64,000 nucleotides of DNA from Methanobacteriota archaeon (GTDB lineage: Archaea; Thermoplasmatota; Poseidoniia; Poseidoniales; Poseidoniaceae): assembly GCA_002722615.1 (NCBI GenBank), contig PBMQ01000037.1, positions 34,958-98,957 of the forward strand, written 5' to 3'. The position numbers and the translations under genes are program-made. This document shows, in pieces, positions 39,155 to 48,183 of this stretch. How positions within the stretch are numbered: position 1 is the stretch's first letter; every line of letters begins with the position of its first letter. A model generated the notes under the pieces. It had not been told where the DNA came from. It was given only the letters and a program-made list of their open reading frames with translations, and made no database searches.

Positions 39155-40314
39155 TCAAGTGCACCTCCTAGGCGAGTTTGTTTAGGATGTAATTCTCCAT
39201 CTTTGCAGATGAGAACTCCTCCCATACCATTGACGTAGAAATCACTGCCTTCCGGCGCACCTACGAGGATGTCATCATCATCTGAAATGACGATGGCTCC
39301 ATCTTGTACGAGTGATGTAATGAATGTTGTAAGATTATTTGAGTAAAGCATGCTTGCTGTTGTGGCAATGGTACCGGGGAGATTCGAAGTTCCCACAATG
39401 ATCACACCATTGTCGGTTGTTATCACCTCACCCGCAACGGTGTCTTCACAGTTTCCGCCTACATCTGCATTCATGTCAACTACGACCGCCCCAGATTTGA
39501 ATTCCTGAACTGCGCTCGATGGTACAGTAATTGGTGCTGGTCTGCCAAAGATACGAGCAGTCGTTACGATAATGTCAGCATCGGATGCAACAGCACATAC
39601 CGTATCGTTGACTTTCTGGATAAACTCAGGAGTTAATGGCTTGGCATATCCAGCCTCGTCTTCAAAATCGTCCATTCCATCCACTTCAATGAAACGTCCG
39701 CCCACGGATTCAATTTGTTCTGCAGCAGACTTGCGAACGTCTGATGCATAAACAACTGCGCCGAGTCGCTTAGCCGTAGCGATGGCTTGTAATCCAGCAA
39801 CACCTGATCCCATAATTACGACTTTGGCAGGACGAACAGTACCTGCTGATGTCGTCATCATGGGTATTCCCTTAGGAACATGTGCTGCTCCCAATAGGAC
39901 GGCTTTGTAGCCTGCGAGATTGTCTTGGCTTGAATTAACATCCATCGACTGCGCTCGGCTAAGCCGGCGTGGAATCATGTCCATTGACATCAGAGTGATG
40001 TTGGAAGAGATACAATCCTTGACAAATTGAGGGTTGCGGAATGGATCGGATACGCAAGCAAGGGTTGTTCCTTCTTTGATCCCTTCGACACCAGGAAATC
40101 GGATTGTGATAATGTTCTCGCATGCAAGCGCATCCGATCGCTTTGCAATCGTTGCACCAGCGGCTTCGTAATCGGAATCCGAGTAATTTGCGGCAACACC
40201 TGCACCTGATTCAACAACGACTTCAAACCCTGCTTTGAGCAACTTTTTGAGACTTGTTGGAACGATAGCAACACGTGTCTCTGCTTCTGGTTCTTTGAGC
40301 ACACCTAACTTCAT
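39151..40314 (-). CDS. pntAA: NAD(P) transhydrogenase alpha subunit, NAD(H)-binding part
   Basis: ETRVAIVP, RAQSMDVNSSQ, MMTTSAGTVRPAKV, GVAGLQAIATAKRLGA, GGNC. Confidence 0.95.
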   Translation of the reverse strand: MKLGVLKEPEAETRVAIVPTSLKKLLKAGFEVVVESGAGVAANYSDSDYEAAGATIAKRSDALACENIITIRFPGVEGIKEGTTLACVSDPFRNPQFVKDCISSNITLMSMDMIPRRLSRAQSMDVNSSQDNLAGYKAVLLGAAHVPKGIPMMTTSAGTVRPAKVVIMGSGVAGLQAIATAKRLGAVVYASDVRKSAAEQIESVGGRFIEVDGMDDFEDEAGYAKPLTPEFIQKVNDTVCAVASDADIIVTTARIFGRPAPITVPSSAVQEFKSGAVVVDMNADVGGNCEDTVAGEVITTDNGVIIVGTSNLPGTIATTASMLYSNNLTTFITSLVQDGAIVISDDDDILVGAPEGSDFYVNGMGGVLICKDGELHPKQTRLGGALE

Positions 40315-40443
40315 TGTAACACCGTTATTTTTCCCGAACGAAAGGGGGTTCTTCAATACCACCCTTTGGCCCCATCAGAAAGGACAGTAGCATACCATCT
40401 TGATTAAAAGCATCCGACCTTGACCGACAACTGGTGAGAAACT

Positions 40444-41385
40444 TTGTCGAGAGGAAGTAGAAAAATTGCAGTTATTGGTGCAGGAAACGTTGGAGCAACG
40501 TGTGCGTTTGTACTAGCGAACATGAAAATTGCAGATATCGTATTGTTGGATATCTACGAAGGTTTTGCCAAAGGAAAAGCTCTCGATATGAGTCAGAATG
40601 CGAACGTTCTCAATTATGACGGCAAAATCACCGGAACTTCAAGTTACGAGGATATTGCTGGAGCAGATGTTGTCGTTGTCACCAGTGGTTTTCCCCGCCA
40701 ACCTGGTATGACTCGCGAAGATTTGATCGGTAAGAACGCTGAGATTGTTGCACAAGTAGGTGCAGGAATTCGCGACCATGCACCAGAATCCGTCGTCATT
40801 GTCGTTACCAACCCGCTCGATTTGATGACCTATCACATGCAGAAAGTCACAGGATTCCCCTCCAACAGAGTCATCGGTCAAGCCGGTGTCCTTGATAGCG
40901 CACGAATGGCTCACTTCATTGCCTTGGAATTGAATTGCGCTGAAGAAGATGTTAGCCCAATGGTACTTGGAGGCCATGGGGATACAATGGTACCTCTGCC
41001 ACGTTATACAACCGTTGGAGGTATTCCGATTACCCAATTGATGCCCCAAGAGCGAATTGATGCTATTTCTGCTCGTACAGCAAGTGGTGGCGGAGAAATT
41101 GTCAAACTCCTTGAGCGAGGATCTGCTTTCTATGCACCTGGTTCAGCAGCAGCAGTCATGGCTGAGTCTGTCCTCAACAATCGTCGAAGGCTCATACCAG
41201 CATCATGTTTACTCACAGGTCAATATGGGCTTGATGATGTGTATATTGGTGTTCCTTGCATCATTGGTTCAAACGGTGTAGAGAACATCTTTGAATTAGA
41301 ATTAACCGGTGATGAACTCAATTCATTGCAAACATCAGGCAATTTCTACAAATCGCAGTTAGCTGACGTCTTGGGTTACAACTGA
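40444..41385 (+). CDS. mdh: Malate dehydrogenase (LDH-like)
   Basis: GAGNVG, PRQPGMTREDL, VTNPLD, GVLDSAR, LGGHGD, GSAFYAP. Confidence 0.93.
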   Translation: MSRGSRKIAVIGAGNVGATCAFVLANMKIADIVLLDIYEGFAKGKALDMSQNANVLNYDGKITGTSSYEDIAGADVVVVTSGFPRQPGMTREDLIGKNAEIVAQVGAGIRDHAPESVVIVVTNPLDLMTYHMQKVTGFPSNRVIGQAGVLDSARMAHFIALELNCAEEDVSPMVLGGHGDTMVPLPRYTTVGGIPITQLMPQERIDAISARTASGGGEIVKLLERGSAFYAPGSAAAVMAESVLNNRRRLIPASCLLTGQYGLDDVYIGVPCIIGSNGVENIFELELTGDELNSLQTSGNFYKSQLADVLGYN

Positions 41386-42666
41386 TTGCTTTTGTTGAAT
41401 ATTTTTTATACCGAAGAGGTATCGAGTTATTCGAGTTCGACTCACACCTTCAAAGACGAGCCAACATCCGATTAGCACGATAAGACAACCTGCGATAACT
41501 GCTGGAATCCCTGTAAAATTCAATTCCTTTGCAATCTTTAAGCCTGCAAATGTGATTGGCATATGGACGATGTAGAATGGATACACACCCTGATTGAGAT
41601 ACGTTAGAGAGGAACTTCTCTTGTTGAGTAGGTGTGAGCCCCAAGCAAAAATTGTGAGACACCAGAACCAAGCATGAAAACTGTGAATAAAACAACTAAG
41701 AACTGTCATTTCATTATGAAAAATGCCTTGTTCAATCCATCCCCCATCCATGTATGGAACACCATCCTCGTGTTGTTGAAGTCGAATAATTACGAATGTA
41801 ATTGTCAACAGCATCGTCACTACGGTGATCACCTTTCGGTTCGTATCAAGAAATTCATAGTATCGATCCCTAGAAATAATGCAAATATAACCAAACAAGA
41901 AGAAAGCGAGATACCAAACCCACTCATAGCCAATTCCAATGAAACCAGGAAACCACGGTTTGAACACAAGTTCGGTTATTGCCAGCAATGTTGGAAAGAG
42001 AATGAAGATGCCTAAACCAAATCTTATCGTAAAGATTGATCTCAATGCGGTTGCTAGATTCCCATCCACATTTTTTTGAACGATATGAAATATTGGGACG
42101 CAGAGTAGCGAATACAAGAACAGGTTCCACAGAAACCACAAATGTCCAAGAGCAATAATCTTACCGAACAATGGAACCCAAAAGACAAACGATGTAAGGA
42201 AGACATGAAGAATAAATGCAATCAGAGTATCCAAAATTGTGTTTCCCTCGAGATCAGCGCTGCCAGTTATGATTCCCCCAGCAAAACCGACGGTCCACAT
42301 GCCAAAGAACATAGGAACAAGTAATCGTTGTAATCGTTCTGTCAGGAATGTTTTCCAACTTCGTCGCTTGAATGCAAATGCAGTACCCATGCCAGAAATC
42401 ATGAACAACGCAGCAAGTCTCCACTGGTGCATCCAATGCAGGAACATACTCGTTGGGTCTACAGAGTCATAGGTGTAGTCATTACCTTCCTCAGCGATTT
42501 CCTTTCGGTCATCTGGATCATCGGTGATATTGGGATTTATGTCCTCTCCATATGTCGACCAATACACTCCAATTGCAACATGAAAGGGAATGAGTAATCC
42601 GAAGAGTATAACTCGAAGCCAGTCAATATCATATCGCCGTTCAGGCTTCTGTGATACGTTATCCAC
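41359..42666 (-). CDS. Acyltransferase family 3 (MdoC/OpgC-like) membrane protein
   Basis: RRYDIDWLRV, WRLAALFMISG, ERLQRLLVP, HLWFL, YPFYIVH; about 10 TM. Confidence 0.85.
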   Translation of the reverse strand: MDNVSQKPERRYDIDWLRVILFGLLIPFHVAIGVYWSTYGEDINPNITDDPDDRKEIAEEGNDYTYDSVDPTSMFLHWMHQWRLAALFMISGMGTAFAFKRRSWKTFLTERLQRLLVPMFFGMWTVGFAGGIITGSADLEGNTILDTLIAFILHVFLTSFVFWVPLFGKIIALGHLWFLWNLFLYSLLCVPIFHIVQKNVDGNLATALRSIFTIRFGLGIFILFPTLLAITELVFKPWFPGFIGIGYEWVWYLAFFLFGYICIISRDRYYEFLDTNRKVITVVTMLLTITFVIIRLQQHEDGVPYMDGGWIEQGIFHNEMTVLSCFIHSFHAWFWCLTIFAWGSHLLNKRSSSLTYLNQGVYPFYIVHMPITFAGLKIAKELNFTGIPAVIAGCLIVLIGCWLVFEGVSRTRITRYLFGIKNIQQKQSVVTQDVS

Positions 42667-42696
42667 GGCTTAGGCTCACTCATCATACCTATATCA

Positions 42697-43353
42697 CTAT
42701 GGGGACGTTCTCCGAATAGCCAGGGAAAATTCGCTACCTGCTGTCGTGGCATCGTCTGCGTTCTTTTCCACCGTCATCAATTGCTTTCCCATTTTACCAC
42801 GACTGCGCATACGAGTCAGAGGTTCTTGTCCAATGTAACATCCTTTTGCTTCATGAACGTACTGTGCAAGTCCACAATTGAATGGATGCACTTTATGACT
42901 GATTTCCTTCTGCTGGAATGGAATGAGATTTTGTATTCGGTAATCATCAAACTCTTGTTGGCTCATTGTCGAGTTGAGTGGCGTTGATCTTGGGGCAACA
43001 ATCAACCAACCTAGGAATGATTGTGTTACCGTCAAGCCTTTACTTACTGGAAATTGTTCCGTACTCACGTAAACATAATTCAATGAGGATATATCTCGAA
43101 TGTTGACGTCTTGTTGAAGAATCCTGGGTTGAAGATGTCTCAGGACATCTTCCTTGTATGGCCCATGTCCAACTATTGCGATGTTTTCTCCAACCTCGAT
43201 GACATCGATGACATCGATAATCTTGGCTTGTTTAGTAGTCAATACAGTCGTACAGGATTGATCAACTTTGTTGGTGGAAAGACCATCGAGAAAGGTCCAT
43301 CTATCCGAACCTGATAGAATGAAAACATAAGCCTCGAGCTGAAAAATGCCCAT
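42697..43353 (-). CDS. YgfZ/Iba57-like folate-binding Fe-S assembly protein (short)
   Basis: SGSDRWTFLDGLSTN and signature KGCYIGQE. Confidence 0.85.
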   Translation of the reverse strand: MGIFQLEAYVFILSGSDRWTFLDGLSTNKVDQSCTTVLTTKQAKIIDVIDVIEVGENIAIVGHGPYKEDVLRHLQPRILQQDVNIRDISSLNYVYVSTEQFPVSKGLTVTQSFLGWLIVAPRSTPLNSTMSQQEFDDYRIQNLIPFQQKEISHKVHPFNCGLAQYVHEAKGCYIGQEPLTRMRSRGKMGKQLMTVEKNADDATTAGSEFSLAIRRTSP

Positions 43354-43362
43354 GCCTTTTCC

Positions 43363-43749
43363 TCAAGCAAAGGACTCGCCACAACCGCATGAACTGGATG
43401 CATTCGGGTTGTTGATTTTGAAACCGCCACCCATGAGTCGATCAACGTAATCGACTTCAATTCCATCCAAGAGGTGGGATGAAGCATTTGGAACGAGAAC
43501 TCTAAATCCGGACACATCAAGTTCTTGACAATCGATATCTGTTGTCTCAACAATTTGCAAGTCGTACATGTATCCTGAGCAACCGCCGGACAAAACGCCG
43601 ACAAGAAGTGCATGACTGCGGTCGTCTCCGAAAGCGTCAGTTAACATTTCAATAGCTTTCTCTGTGATTGTCAGAGTGACATCAACAGTCTTTGGCTGTA
43701 CGACTTCAATTGCCGGTGCTGATTCGCAGGTTCCACAGTCCATGTACAA
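43363..43749 (-). CDS. A-type Fe-S carrier (HesB/IscA family)
   Basis: ITEKA, GGCSGYMY, DYVD.LMGGGFKINNPNA..SCGCGESF. Confidence 0.93.
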   Translation of the reverse strand: MYMDCGTCESAPAIEVVQPKTVDVTLTITEKAIEMLTDAFGDDRSHALLVGVLSGGCSGYMYDLQIVETTDIDCQELDVSGFRVLVPNASSHLLDGIEVDYVDRLMGGGFKINNPNASSSCGCGESFA

Positions 43750-43784
43750 CCCACTCGCTCGCCCATTATCAATCTGACCATATT

Positions 43785-46085
43785 TTACCGACGTGATAGT
43801 TTCTTCTTACGCTCTTTTTCAAGAATGGTGCATCGGCGGATTTGCTCTTTTGCACGCTTAACCTCGGCATCGGATAATCCACGAGGAATTGACTGTTCAT
43901 AGCACTTTATGGCGTCTGGGAATCGTTCCATCTCAGCATATGCTGTGCCCATATTGTACAATGTTTGTCCACGTACATTGGATGGATCAATCATCATTGC
44001 TTTGTGATATGATTCAACACACGCTGGGTATTCTTCGAGGAAATAGTAAGCATTCCCACGACCATTTAGAATTCGAATTACCATTTGATTGTCGTTGGCA
44101 AATGATGGTAATGCTCTGTCAAAGGATGAAAGTGCTTCTCTGTACTTTCCATCTTCCATCAACTGTATTCCTTGGTTGTACCATGAAATGTCTTGATTCG
44201 CAACTGAACTTGAATTCGCTGAAACAATGGGGTTCACTGAAACCATTGCAGTTGCGTCCAATGCTGCTTTCGCCAAATCAACCTCGACGTTATCTTGCTG
44301 AACTATTTCTTTCCTAACTGGTTCAATTGGTATTAACAAAAGATCATTTGCTGATGTTGTTTCTTGTAAAGGTGCCTCAGAAACATATGGCTCTTCGATT
44401 GGAACGACAGCTGGTTGTTCCAAAGCCGGAGGTTCAGGTGCAACTGCGGGAGGTGTTGACGTAGGTGGTGGAGGAGGGTTATCGAATTGAGGTTGTTCAT
44501 GAGACCCAGATTCCAATTCTCTTGCCTTCGTATGACAACGTTGCGCAGTTTCAAGATCACCCGCTGCTTCCAAGGATTTTGCGAGTCCTTTCCACAAGAT
44601 TGGATTGGATTTATCGGTTTGAATGAGTTCTTTCCAAACGGTAACTGCTTCGATATTATCTCCTTTGAGAGTCAGTGCCCGAGCCCGTTCAATGGATGGC
44701 CCGGGACTGAGCAAATCAAGTGCGTATTGTGCCAATTGAGGGGCTTCGGGCATTGTTGGTGGAATTCCAGTGATGTACTCAAGAACCTCGACTTCGGTTT
44801 CCCCGCATTGCAGTAAATTTTCGATAATTTCGTTTCGAAGTTCAACGTCATCTTGTGATTCAAGTAGAATCATACCGTGTGAGATAACAGTTCCAATGTC
44901 GTTCTCTTCCTGAGCATATTCGATGAGTTTACGTCGTGCCTTGGCGTGTCGTGAATCGAGTTCAATCGTTGTCTCAAATGCATTTATTGCTCCGTTTTGG
45001 TTGTCATTTCTCGCGTAGAGGCTTCCTAGATTGTACCATCCTGATGCCACTGTCTCATCGAGTTTGGTTGCATGTTCTAGTGCTGCTATAGCATGAGTAT
45101 CGAGTTCCATACGTGCCATAGCCCCACCAGCAATTCTCCAGGCACCAGCATGATGTGCGCCGATTGTTTTGAGATGAGGTTTCAACAGTGCGAGCGCTTT
45201 CTTTGGTTCACCTTGTCGAATAAGTTCGGTTGCTTCATTTGTTAATTTGTCGAGATTAATTTCATCAACGACAGGTCGCTGCTCAATTTCAGTTTCTATT
45301 GATGCCTCAATTTTTTCCTCAATGATTTGAGTCGCTGCAACAACATTAGCAGCACTTTTCAGTTCTTCTTTATCCAGGTGACCGTCACCATCGAGATCGT
45401 GGTGAGCGGCTTCAGCAAGAATTGCCTCTGAATCTTCGACGCCTGTCTCTTCCATCACAACGCTAAGTGTTGATTCTTGATGTGTCGCTTTGGTTACTTT
45501 TGATTCAATTTCATCAGGAACTTCTTCGACTGGTGCGTGTTTGGTGCGATTGAGTACATCGGTTAGACTTGGGTGTCCAGGGAAGAATTCAAGTCCTCTG
45601 CGCGCCATAGCGGCGGCTCCAGCATCATCTCCAATACGATCCAAAAGGATGGCTAGATTCGCTGTAGCAGGTGCATGGTCTGGGTTGAGGTCGAGACAAA
45701 TTTGGAAGGCTTGACGAGCTCCACGAGCATCTTGCTGTGCTTCAAGAAGAACGCCTCGATTGAACCATGCCATGTCGCTTGATGGGTCAAGAGCTATCGC
45801 CTTGTTGAAGGCCACTAGTGCTTCTTGAGGGGAATTCGACCGAGATTTGTATTCCCCTTCATCAATGAGGGATTGAACTTGCTCTTCAACAGATAATTCT
45901 TCTGAAGTGTCAGGAGCGGATGGTTCAGGAGTGGGCTCAGGGAGTGGTTCCTCAGAAGCGTCTTCATTGAATTCTTCCGACGCTTCTTGGCCCACCATAG
46001 ATCCAAGTCCCGCAGAACGCAAAGCATCCGCCATGTCGCTGATTAAGGCATTCGACATGTCCTCGTCCTCGGTACTCATCGTCAT
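43785..46085 (-). CDS. TPR-repeat protein with an EF-hand-like loop and Pro-rich linker
   Basis: AWFNRGVLL, WYNLGSLY, WYNQGIQL, LYNMGTAY TPRs; DLDGDGHLDKEE. Confidence 0.85.
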   Translation of the reverse strand: MTMSTEDEDMSNALISDMADALRSAGLGSMVGQEASEEFNEDASEEPLPEPTPEPSAPDTSEELSVEEQVQSLIDEGEYKSRSNSPQEALVAFNKAIALDPSSDMAWFNRGVLLEAQQDARGARQAFQICLDLNPDHAPATANLAILLDRIGDDAGAAAMARRGLEFFPGHPSLTDVLNRTKHAPVEEVPDEIESKVTKATHQESTLSVVMEETGVEDSEAILAEAAHHDLDGDGHLDKEELKSAANVVAATQIIEEKIEASIETEIEQRPVVDEINLDKLTNEATELIRQGEPKKALALLKPHLKTIGAHHAGAWRIAGGAMARMELDTHAIAALEHATKLDETVASGWYNLGSLYARNDNQNGAINAFETTIELDSRHAKARRKLIEYAQEENDIGTVISHGMILLESQDDVELRNEIIENLLQCGETEVEVLEYITGIPPTMPEAPQLAQYALDLLSPGPSIERARALTLKGDNIEAVTVWKELIQTDKSNPILWKGLAKSLEAAGDLETAQRCHTKARELESGSHEQPQFDNPPPPPTSTPPAVAPEPPALEQPAVVPIEEPYVSEAPLQETTSANDLLLIPIEPVRKEIVQQDNVEVDLAKAALDATAMVSVNPIVSANSSSVANQDISWYNQGIQLMEDGKYREALSSFDRALPSFANDNQMVIRILNGRGNAYYFLEEYPACVESYHKAMMIDPSNVRGQTLYNMGTAYAEMERFPDAIKCYEQSIPRGLSDAEVKRAKEQIRRCTILEKERKKKLSRR

Positions 46086-46183
46086 CTCCCATCCTTTGGC
46101 ATGACTGTCATGGTATAAGCATAGTTGCTTCATGGTTAGGTTAGAACAATGGATTCATCTATTGGCTGGTTGTGGGATTTTTT

Positions 46184-46735
46184 ATGGCGGATACTCCACT
46201 CAAAGTGATGGGACTCTCAGGGTCCATTGGTCGACAATCAAAAAATGGGATGTTGGTTGACTTGGCGCTACAAAAGGCCAAGGAACATGGCGCAGAGGTT
46301 CATTTTTGGGATCTCAAAGAAAAACCATTGCCACTTGTTGGTTCAGACGGTTGTTGGAGTGACCCAATTGTCAAAGAATTCCAAGAAATGGCCTCTTCCT
46401 ATGACGCATTCCTTGTCTCTTCACCAGAATATCACGGAACAATGTCCGGTGTTATGAAAAATACATTTGACTGGGTTTACGAACAACATATTGGCGGTAA
46501 GGTCTTTGGATTGATGTCAACTCTTGGCGGTATGTCCAATTCAAACACATTGAACCACATGAGAATTATGCTTCGATGGCTACATGCAAATCCTGTGTCC
46601 CAACAGTTAGCTGTTGGACATGTCAAGGAAGCATTTGACGAAGACGGTGGGCTCGTTGACAAATCTGTTGACGAACGATTACAAACACTTGTCGAGTCTG
46701 TCCTTAAAACCGCAACAATGTACAAAAATTCGTGA
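46184..46735 (+). CDS. NADPH-dependent FMN reductase
   Basis: GLSGSIGRQS, SPEYHGTMSGVMKNTFDW. Confidence 0.9.
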   Translation: MADTPLKVMGLSGSIGRQSKNGMLVDLALQKAKEHGAEVHFWDLKEKPLPLVGSDGCWSDPIVKEFQEMASSYDAFLVSSPEYHGTMSGVMKNTFDWVYEQHIGGKVFGLMSTLGGMSNSNTLNHMRIMLRWLHANPVSQQLAVGHVKEAFDEDGGLVDKSVDERLQTLVESVLKTATMYKNS

Positions 46736-46739
46736 TTTC

Positions 46740-47489
46740 ATGAATGCAAATCGTCCCTCATTTGAAGATGAGTTTGGAGGTTCATACCTTTTGGTTGAGC
46801 CTGGTCAATTCAGATTTGGGGATGAGGTAGGTTCGGGACATCCAAATGAGAGGCCACTCATTGAGGCGGAAATATCGGAGCCCTTCTTCATGGGTGTGCG
46901 TCCTGTCACCCAAGCACATTGGTCTGCCATTATGGGTTCCAATCCTTCCAAATTTCAAGAAGGTTGGAGCGCTGGTCTTCGTCCAGTTGAATCGATTACC
47001 TTTTTTGAAGTACAGACGTTTTTGAATCGACTAAACGAACAAAATCGTGAATTCATAGGTTTCAGAGGTCGGTGGAGATTACCATCGGAGCTAGAATGGG
47101 AGTATGTTGCTAAAGCCGGTTCCTCAACACGTTGGTCCTTTGGAAACAAGGATTCAGAATTAGATGCTCATGGTTGGCATGCTGGAAATAGTGGGGCCAC
47201 CACTCGCGAAGTGGGTTCTAAGAAAGCGAATCAATGGGGATTCCATGACTTTCATGGACTCATCTATGAAATGACAGAAGATGCATGGTCTTCTTCTCAT
47301 GAGCATCATGATGGCACGCAGGCATCAACTTCTAGGGCTGACTCGAGTCATATCGTTGCAAAAGGTGGTTCTTGGTTTACAGAATCGGATTCAACACGTT
47401 CATCCTCTCGTAGAAAGGTAGGTCAGGATGAACGTCGAGATGGGATCGGTTTACGTCTTGTATGGGAGCCGGTAGAACCTAGCAATTAA
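46740..47489 (+). CDS. Formylglycine-generating enzyme (FGE-sulfatase) domain protein
   Basis: PVTQ..W..IMG.NPS, RLPSELEWEY, N.WGFHDFHG..YE, KGGSW, GLRL. Confidence 0.85.
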   Translation: MNANRPSFEDEFGGSYLLVEPGQFRFGDEVGSGHPNERPLIEAEISEPFFMGVRPVTQAHWSAIMGSNPSKFQEGWSAGLRPVESITFFEVQTFLNRLNEQNREFIGFRGRWRLPSELEWEYVAKAGSSTRWSFGNKDSELDAHGWHAGNSGATTREVGSKKANQWGFHDFHGLIYEMTEDAWSSSHEHHDGTQASTSRADSSHIVAKGGSWFTESDSTRSSSRRKVGQDERRDGIGLRLVWEPVEPSN

Positions 47490-47980
47490 TCTCCAACTCG
47501 AACATCCACATCGGCATCAAAACTTACCTCATCTGGCAAGTCTTGGCCTTGAGGGACGATTCCAGGTTGTGTATTCCATTCAACGGATTCCGGGCTGTTG
47601 ACTACCTTCATGACATTTAACCCTACAAAGACCTGAATGCCAGCATGGGTTCGATGAACCACTGGTGAAACCTCTTCATGAAATGTAGCATTCATGTGTT
47701 TACAAATTTCAGCAAAGGTACGTTGACCATTGCAGAGTTCCCATAGCACGCTATTCTTGTCAAGCAATGGTCTTCGAAGTTCCTTTGGTGCTCTCATCAG
47801 TTTTGCGAAGATACGCTCAATCCGCCCGAATGTCTTTTCAAAACGTAGTACTATTGTTTTGCCAGTGGACCCCTCGACATCAGGATGTGGTCCCGAATCG
47901 CCCGTTCGACACCACCATACGGGTAGGCGAACAGGATATTTTTCGGCCAATGGATGGTTTTCTAAATCGACTAAATCCAT
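47486..47980 (-). CDS. PqqD-like (RRE-type winged helix) protein
   Basis: LDKNSVLWELCNGQRTFAEICKHMNATF. Start re-assigned to ATG 47980, downstream of the small ORF. Confidence 0.65.
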   Translation of the reverse strand: MDLVDLENHPLAEKYPVRLPVWWCRTGDSGPHPDVEGSTGKTIVLRFEKTFGRIERIFAKLMRAPKELRRPLLDKNSVLWELCNGQRTFAEICKHMNATFHEEVSPVVHRTHAGIQVFVGLNVMKVVNSPESVEWNTQPGIVPQGQDLPDEVSFDADVDVRVGD

Positions 47981-47988
47981 GAAATCCC

Positions 47989-48162
47989 TCACATGTCTGA
48001 CCATGTCCACCAAACGAGACTCAGCATTGAAACGACTCCGCATAATGCTGAGATACGAATAACTTCTCTTCGCTTACCGAATTTGTCCAGATACCATGTT
48101 AGGACACCGAAAAATGCTACAGCAACCCAAAGAAAATACCAGATTGGGTTCTCTTGGACCAT
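47989..48162 (-). CDS. Small Trp-rich two-TM membrane protein (57 aa; below ORF-track cutoff)
   Basis: Manual translation MVQENPIWYFLWVAVAFFGVLTWYLDKFGKRREVIRISALCGVVSMLSLVWWTWSDM; fills the gap between co-oriented genes. Confidence 0.6.
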   Translation of the reverse strand: MVQENPIWYFLWVAVAFFGVLTWYLDKFGKRREVIRISALCGVVSMLSLVWWTWSDM

Positions 48163-48183
48163 GTAGTGCCATTCGCATACACA

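Noticed and set aside
46740-48162. FGE + PqqD + small ORF as a RiPP biosynthetic cluster
   Set aside because: FGE is convergent, no tailoring enzyme or exporter is adjacent, and the small ORF looks like a membrane protein rather than a leader-core precursor.
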